This document shows positions 7,282 to 11,806 of a stretch of 11,806 nucleotides of DNA, piece after piece. Both the position numbers and the translations under genes were made by a program. A model generated the notes under the pieces. It had not been told where the DNA came from. It made no database searches and saw only the letters and a list, made by a program, of their open reading frames with translations. This stretch comes from an uncultured bacterium. Lineage in GTDB: Bacteria; Abyssobacteria; SURF-5. How positions within the stretch are numbered: position 1 is the first letter of the stretch; each line of letters starts with the position of its first letter. The stretch lies in assembly GCA_964607485.1 (NCBI GenBank), contig CAZSKP010000002.1, positions 1-11,806 on the forward strand. The letters are read 5' to 3'.

Positions 7282-8457
7282 ATGAGAGAAGTTGTCATAG
7301 CGAGTGCGGCGCGCACGCCCGTCGGCAGTTTTCAAGGCGTTCTCTCCGATGTTCCCGCGACGCGCCTCGGCAGCATCGCGATCGAGGAAGCGCTCAAGCG
7401 CGCCGGAATCTCTCCCGACGAAGTCAACCAGTGCATCATGGGCTGCGTGTTGCCCGCCGGATTAGGCCAGGCGCCCGCAAGGCAGGCGGCGCTCGGAGCC
7501 GGCCTGCCGAAAGCGACCGACTGCCTGACCATCAACAAGGTATGCGGGTCCGGACTCAAGGCGGTGATGCTCGCCTTCGACGCCATCCGGCTGGAGGAGG
7601 CCGAAGTGGTCGTCGCGGGCGGGATGGAGAGCATGACGCGCGCGCCCTACGCCCTCGACAAGGCGCGGAGCGGCTATCGGATGGGCAACGGGCAGATTCT
7701 GGACCTGATGATAAAGGACGGCCTGTGGGACGTGTACAACGATTTCCACATGGGCAACGCGGCCGAGCTCTGTGCCGCTGAATACGAGTTCACCCGCGAG
7801 ATACAGGACGAATTTGCAATCGAGAGCTACACGCGCGCCCAGCGGGCGCAAAAGGAGGGCCTGTTCCGGGAGGAAATCGTGCCCGTCAGCGTGCCCCAGC
7901 GCAAGGGCGACCCCGTCGTCGTGAGCGATGATGAGGGTCCCGGCCGCGCCAACATACAGAAGATACCCACGCTCCGGCCCGCGTTCAAGAAGGACGGCAC
8001 CGTCACCGCGGCAAACGCGTCATCGATAAACGACGGCGCCGCGGCAGTCGTGGTGACCTCGGCCGAATTCGCGAAGAAGAAGGGCCTCCAGCCGCTCGCC
8101 AAGATCATCGCTCACAGTTCCGCAAGCCGCGAGCCCGAATGGTTCACCATCGCCCCCGCCGACGCGATGAAGAAACTGTTCGAAAAGACAAAGACGGCCC
8201 CCGCAGACGTCGACCTGTTCGAGATAAACGAGGCATTCGCGGTCGTCACGCTGGTCGCCAACAAGCAGTTCGGGCTCGACCCCGCCAAGGTGAACGTCAA
8301 CGGGGGCGCGGTCGCCCTCGGGCATCCCATCGGCGCCAGCGGGGCGAGGATATTTGTGACGCTGCTGTATTCGATGAAGCAGCGAAACGCGAAGAGAGGG
8401 CTTGCCACCCTCTGTATCGGCGGAGGCGAGGCCGTCGCCATGATGGTGGAGCGTTAA
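7282..8457 (+). CDS. Acetyl-CoA C-acetyltransferase (thiolase, AtoB/PhaA-like)
   Basis: MREVVIASAARTPVGSF, catalytic motifs INKVCGSG, EINEAF, GHPIGASG, LCIGGGE. RBS AAGGAG (7268-7273) supports ATG 7282 over the 7180 start. Confidence 0.95.
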   Translation: MREVVIASAARTPVGSFQGVLSDVPATRLGSIAIEEALKRAGISPDEVNQCIMGCVLPAGLGQAPARQAALGAGLPKATDCLTINKVCGSGLKAVMLAFDAIRLEEAEVVVAGGMESMTRAPYALDKARSGYRMGNGQILDLMIKDGLWDVYNDFHMGNAAELCAAEYEFTREIQDEFAIESYTRAQRAQKEGLFREEIVPVSVPQRKGDPVVVSDDEGPGRANIQKIPTLRPAFKKDGTVTAANASSINDGAAAVVVTSAEFAKKKGLQPLAKIIAHSSASREPEWFTIAPADAMKKLFEKTKTAPADVDLFEINEAFAVVTLVANKQFGLDPAKVNVNGGAVALGHPIGASGARIFVTLLYSMKQRNAKRGLATLCIGGGEAVAMMVER

Positions 8458-8521
8458 GCCGGGCGGCTGCCCCGACGGGTTCGGACGAATCGGCCAGCAG
8501 AGCATTCGAAGGAGAAAGAGA

Positions 8522-9661
8522 ATGGACTTTGAACTCACCGAAGAACAACGAATGATACAGGAGATGGCGCGCAATTTCGCCGAGAAAGAGGTCGCCCCCG
8601 TCGCGGCCGAGCTGGACGAAACACACCGGTTCCCCGTCGAGCTTGCGCGTAAGATGGGCGAGCTCGGGCTGATGGGCGTAGCCGTGCCGGAGGAATACGG
8701 CGGCGCGGGGATGGACTACGTCTGCTACGTCGTCGCGCTCGAGGAAATCTCCGTCGCCTGCGCGAACACGGGCGTCGTCATGTCGGCCAACAATTCGCTC
8801 GCATGCGGTCCGATTCTGGCCAATGGCACGGAGGAACAGAAGAAGAAATTTCTAGCGCCGATGGCGTCGGGCGAAAAGATCGGATGCTTCGGGCTGACTG
8901 AGCCGAGCGCAGGCTCCGACGCGAGCAATCAGAAGACGACCGCCGTGCTCGACGGCGACAAATGGGTGCTCAACGGAAACAAGGTGTTCATCACCAACGG
9001 CACCCACGCCGACATAGCCGTCGTGTTTGCGATGACCGATAAGAGCAAGGGAGCGAAGGGCATCAGCGCGTTCATCGTCGAAAAAGGCACGCCCGGCTTC
9101 AGCGCGGGCTCGGCGGAGAAGAAGCTCGGCCTGAACGCTTCCGGCACGGCCGAACTCGTGTTCGAGGACTGCCGCATCCCGAAGGACCAGTTGCTCGGCC
9201 AGGAGGGACAAGGGTTCAAGATTGCGCTGCAGACGCTCGACGGCGGCCGCATCGGAATCGCCGCGCAGGCAATCGGCATAGCGCGCGCGGCGATGGAACA
9301 ATCGGCCAAGTACGCGCTCGAACGCGAGCAGTTCGGCCAGCCGATAGCGAAGTTTCAGGCAATTCAATGGATGCTCGCCGACATGGCGACCGAGATCGAC
9401 GCGTCGCGCCTGCTCGCCTACCGCGCGGCGAGATTGCAGAGTTCCGGCCAGCGTTACACCAAGGAAGCGGCCATGGCGAAGCTGTTCGCCTCGGAGACCG
9501 CCATGAAGACCGCGACGAAGGCCGTTCAGATACACGGAGGGTACGGTTATTCGAAGGAATATCCCGTCGAGCGCTTCTTCCGCGACGCCAAGATAACCGA
9601 AATATACGAAGGCACATCTGAGATACAGCGGCTCGTCATCGCGGCGAACCTGCTGCGCTAG
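8522..9661 (+). CDS. Acyl-CoA dehydrogenase (short-chain / butyryl-CoA dehydrogenase-like)
   Basis: MDFELTEEQ, GCFGLTEPSAGSD, LNGNKVFITNG, LDGGRIGIAAQA, QIHGGYGY, RDAKITEIYEGTSEIQR (catalytic Glu at the SCAD/MCAD position). RBS AAGGAG. Confidence 0.95.
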   Translation: MDFELTEEQRMIQEMARNFAEKEVAPVAAELDETHRFPVELARKMGELGLMGVAVPEEYGGAGMDYVCYVVALEEISVACANTGVVMSANNSLACGPILANGTEEQKKKFLAPMASGEKIGCFGLTEPSAGSDASNQKTTAVLDGDKWVLNGNKVFITNGTHADIAVVFAMTDKSKGAKGISAFIVEKGTPGFSAGSAEKKLGLNASGTAELVFEDCRIPKDQLLGQEGQGFKIALQTLDGGRIGIAAQAIGIARAAMEQSAKYALEREQFGQPIAKFQAIQWMLADMATEIDASRLLAYRAARLQSSGQRYTKEAAMAKLFASETAMKTATKAVQIHGGYGYSKEYPVERFFRDAKITEIYEGTSEIQRLVIAANLLR

Positions 9662-9671
9662 TGTGAGGCCC

Positions 9672-11006
9672 ATGCGCTTTTCGGCAAGAGCCTCTGAACC
9701 ATCCCCACTCGGCTGCGACACGGTCGTCGCCCTATCCGAAGCGACGGCCGACGGCTCCGTCGTGTTCGCGAAGAACAGCGACAGGCCCGCCGACGAGAGC
9801 CAGCCGCTCATTCAAGCCCCGCGGCTCGAGCACGGTCGCGGGTCCTTCCTGAAATGTCAATACATCGACATCCCACAGGCGGAGGAAACCCGCGCGTTCA
9901 TAGGTTCCAGGCCGCACTGGCTGTGGGGTCTCGAACACGGGATGAACGACTGTGGCGTCGCCATCGGCAACGAGGCTGTGTTCACCAAGGAAGCTCTGCC
10001 CGACAGCGGGCTGCTGGGAATGGACCTCGTGCGCATCGGGCTCGAACGCGGGCAGACGGCACGAGAAGCGCTCGGCGTGATGACGCGTCTGCTCGAAGAG
10101 TTCGGACAGGGCGGCTCGGGGTACGAACACGTCCAATGGCCGTACAACAATTCGTTCATCATCGCCGATCCTTCCGCGGCATATATCCTGGAGACCTCCG
10201 GCCGGCAGTTTGCGTGGAAGAGGGTTTCCGCGATTGGGAGCATTTCCAATCACATTGCGATAGGCGCCGATTGGGACGCGCTTTCCGACAACGCCGTCGA
10301 GTATGCCGTGTCGAAAGGGTGGTGGAATCGCGACCCTTCCGAGCGGCTCGATTTTTCGGGAGCCTACCGCAGCACGGAGATTGCTCCGCCCCAGATATCG
10401 GAAGGACGCCTTCGACGCTCGCAAGAGCTACTGGAGCAGCGCCGCGGCCGCATTTCTCCCGAAACGATGACGCGCCTGCTCCGCGACCACTACGAAAGCG
10501 GCACAATCTTCACACCCGGCCGCGACCCCGCCAACGACGAGTGCTACTCGATATGCATGCATGCCGACCCCGTCGGCACAACGGCCGCAAGCGTCGTCGC
10601 ACACCTGCGCGGGCCCGGACGCCCGAACGTGTACTGGGCGAGTCTCGGCAATCCCTGCTGCGGCGTGTTCATGCCGCTGTACATCGACGGCGAAATACCG
10701 CCGGCGCTGACCCGCGCAGGCTCGGAGTTTTCGGACGACTCGGTGTGGTGGCTGTTCAGGAGATTGGATGAATACGTCGCCGAGGACTATCGGGAGAGAA
10801 CACCCCTCGTTCAAGATGTCTGGACGGAACTCGAGAGCGCGTTTCGGAGAGAAGCAGCCGACGTCGAAGCCGAGGCCGAGGCTCTCCAGTCCAAGGGAAG
10901 GCACGCCCAAGCCTCTTCGCGCCTGACGCAATTCATGAACGAAGACCTCGACAAAGTCTTGGCCGCCCTGCGCGAATTGCTGGCAGGATTCGAAAACAAG
11001 AGCTAA
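9672..11006 (+). CDS. Peptidase C69 / secernin-like Ntn-hydrolase
   Basis: GCDTVVAL (N-terminal nucleophile Cys), VFAKNSDRP, WLWGLEHGMNDCGVAIGNEAVFT, LLGMDLVRIGLERG, YGQGG-like FGQGG, NSFIIAD, SICMH. Start is ATG 9672 or the track's 9663. Confidence 0.88.
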   Translation: MRFSARASEPSPLGCDTVVALSEATADGSVVFAKNSDRPADESQPLIQAPRLEHGRGSFLKCQYIDIPQAEETRAFIGSRPHWLWGLEHGMNDCGVAIGNEAVFTKEALPDSGLLGMDLVRIGLERGQTAREALGVMTRLLEEFGQGGSGYEHVQWPYNNSFIIADPSAAYILETSGRQFAWKRVSAIGSISNHIAIGADWDALSDNAVEYAVSKGWWNRDPSERLDFSGAYRSTEIAPPQISEGRLRRSQELLEQRRGRISPETMTRLLRDHYESGTIFTPGRDPANDECYSICMHADPVGTTAASVVAHLRGPGRPNVYWASLGNPCCGVFMPLYIDGEIPPALTRAGSEFSDDSVWWLFRRLDEYVAEDYRERTPLVQDVWTELESAFRREAADVEAEAEALQSKGRHAQASSRLTQFMNEDLDKVLAALRELLAGFENKS

Positions 11007-11125
11007 GACGCCGCAAGCCGATTAATTTGGGACAAATTTGGGGACAGACACCATATTTTAGGACATAAGACCTTTATTAACAATTTGTTATTAACATCGA
11101 CCTTGGATACAGATGAAAATATTAT

Positions 11126-11154
11126 TTGACTTTCCTGCAGTCTTTCCTTAACAT
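11126..11154 (+). promoter_or_regulatory. sigma70 promoter of the transposase, predicted leaderless transcript
   Basis: TTGACT (11126-11131)-N17-TAACAT (11149-11154). The ATG at 11161 lies 7 nt after the -10 and there is no Shine-Dalgarno sequence. Confidence 0.6.
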
Positions 11155-11160
11155 AACTTC

Positions 11161-11806
11161 ATGCCGAGAATAGCCAGGGTGGTGGCCACCGGTCTTCCTC
11201 ACCACATCACGCAAAGGGGCAATCGCCGGGCCGATGTGTTCCTTGACGATGAAGATCGGTTGAGCTATCTGGAACTGCTGAAGCGATACTCTCAGAGGCA
11301 CGGCTTGGAGATTCTCGCCTACTGCCTGATGTCTAACCACGTCCATTTTGTGGCGATCCCGCGGGAATCATATTCGCTTGCGCGTACGTTTGCCGAGACA
11401 CATATGCGCCACGCGCGGCACGTAAATCGCAAGCAGGAGCAAACGGGACACTTGTGGCAGGGGCGGTTCTACTCGTGCGTTCTCGACGAGCTGCACGCTC
11501 TAGCCGCCGCGCGCTATGTGGAATGCAACCCTGTGAGGGCCGGGCTGGCGGAAAAGGCGTGGGATTACCCGTGGTCGAGCGCGCGCGCTCATGTGGGCGA
11601 GGTGTGCGACGACCTGCTTTCGGAGCAATGGCCGTCGCGCCAGCTTCTGGCTCAATGGCGCGACATACTCACGGGGCCCGACCCCGAGACTGAAACGGAC
11701 GCCCTTCGCTCTTTCACCCGGACCGGGCGTCCCCTGGGAGGCGAAAGCTTCATCGCAATGGTCGAGCGCATGACAGGCCGTTCCGTGAAGCTGAAGAAGT
11801 CGGGCC
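11161..11806 (+). CDS. REP-associated tyrosine transposase-like protein (Y1_Tnp, IS200/IS605 TnpA superfamily), 3' truncated by the window
   Basis: Not in the ORF track because there is no stop in the window. Translation: MPRIARVVATGLPHHITQRGNRRADVF...AYCLMSNHVH (HUH)...GHLWQGRFYS...RYVECNPVRAGL (catalytic Tyr)...YPWSSARAH...TRTGRPLGGESF...VKLKKSG. Confidence 0.93.
   Translation, partial: MPRIARVVATGLPHHITQRGNRRADVFLDDEDRLSYLELLKRYSQRHGLEILAYCLMSNHVHFVAIPRESYSLARTFAETHMRHARHVNRKQEQTGHLWQGRFYSCVLDELHALAAARYVECNPVRAGLAEKAWDYPWSSARAHVGEVCDDLLSEQWPSRQLLAQWRDILTGPDPETETDALRSFTRTGRPLGGESFIAMVERMTGRSVKLKKSG

Larger units (their letters stand above)
11038..11806 (+). mobile_element. Y1 HUH (RAYT-like) transposase element; left end at about 11038, right end outside the window
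   Basis: The 21-nt end motif TTGGGGACAGACACCATATTT is shared with 980-1000. It is followed by an AT-rich leader, a promoter and the transposase gene. Confidence 0.75.

Noticed and set aside
8852-10771. Alternative ORFs 8852-9811 (-), 9732-10424 (-) and 9854-10771 (+)
   Set aside because: Antisense or off-frame shadows of the ACAD and C69 genes, low-complexity and Arg/Ala-rich, with no motifs.
11122-11346. 74-aa minus-strand ORF (MDVVRHQAVGENLQ...)
   Set aside because: Antisense to the transposase, which has clear HUH and Tyr motifs on the plus strand.

Overview
GC-rich bacterial window of mostly metabolic genes with mobile-DNA features at both ends. In order: the 3' end of an unidentified gene; a ~100-bp REP-like palindromic element; an RmlC-like cupin (dTDP-4-dehydrorhamnose 3,5-epimerase family, -); a ~250-bp AT-rich element bounded by inverted repeats; a coupled BchI/ChlI-like and BchD/ChlD-like AAA+ chelatase pair (-) with no large H/CobN subunit in view; a divergent ArsM-like methyltransferase; a second class I methyltransferase (-); a YkgJ-type cysteine-cluster protein; a thiolase / acyl-CoA dehydrogenase / C69 Ntn-hydrolase operon; and a RAYT-like Y1 HUH transposase missing from the ORF track, running off the right edge. 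Two results stand out. (1) The apparent stop of the ArsM-like gene (TGA 5333-5335) sits at a conserved Cys position, the frame continues with ArsM-like sequence to 5479, and a SECIS-like hairpin follows, so it is probably a selenoprotein; two other canonical ArsM cysteines are absent. (2) The element at 980-1230 looks like an internally deleted copy of the transposase element at 11038->11806: it keeps the left end, the promoter, and the first and last codons of the transposase. This suggests a HUH-transposase element bounded by terminal inverted repeats, with a MITE-like derivative. All alignments and folds were done by eye.
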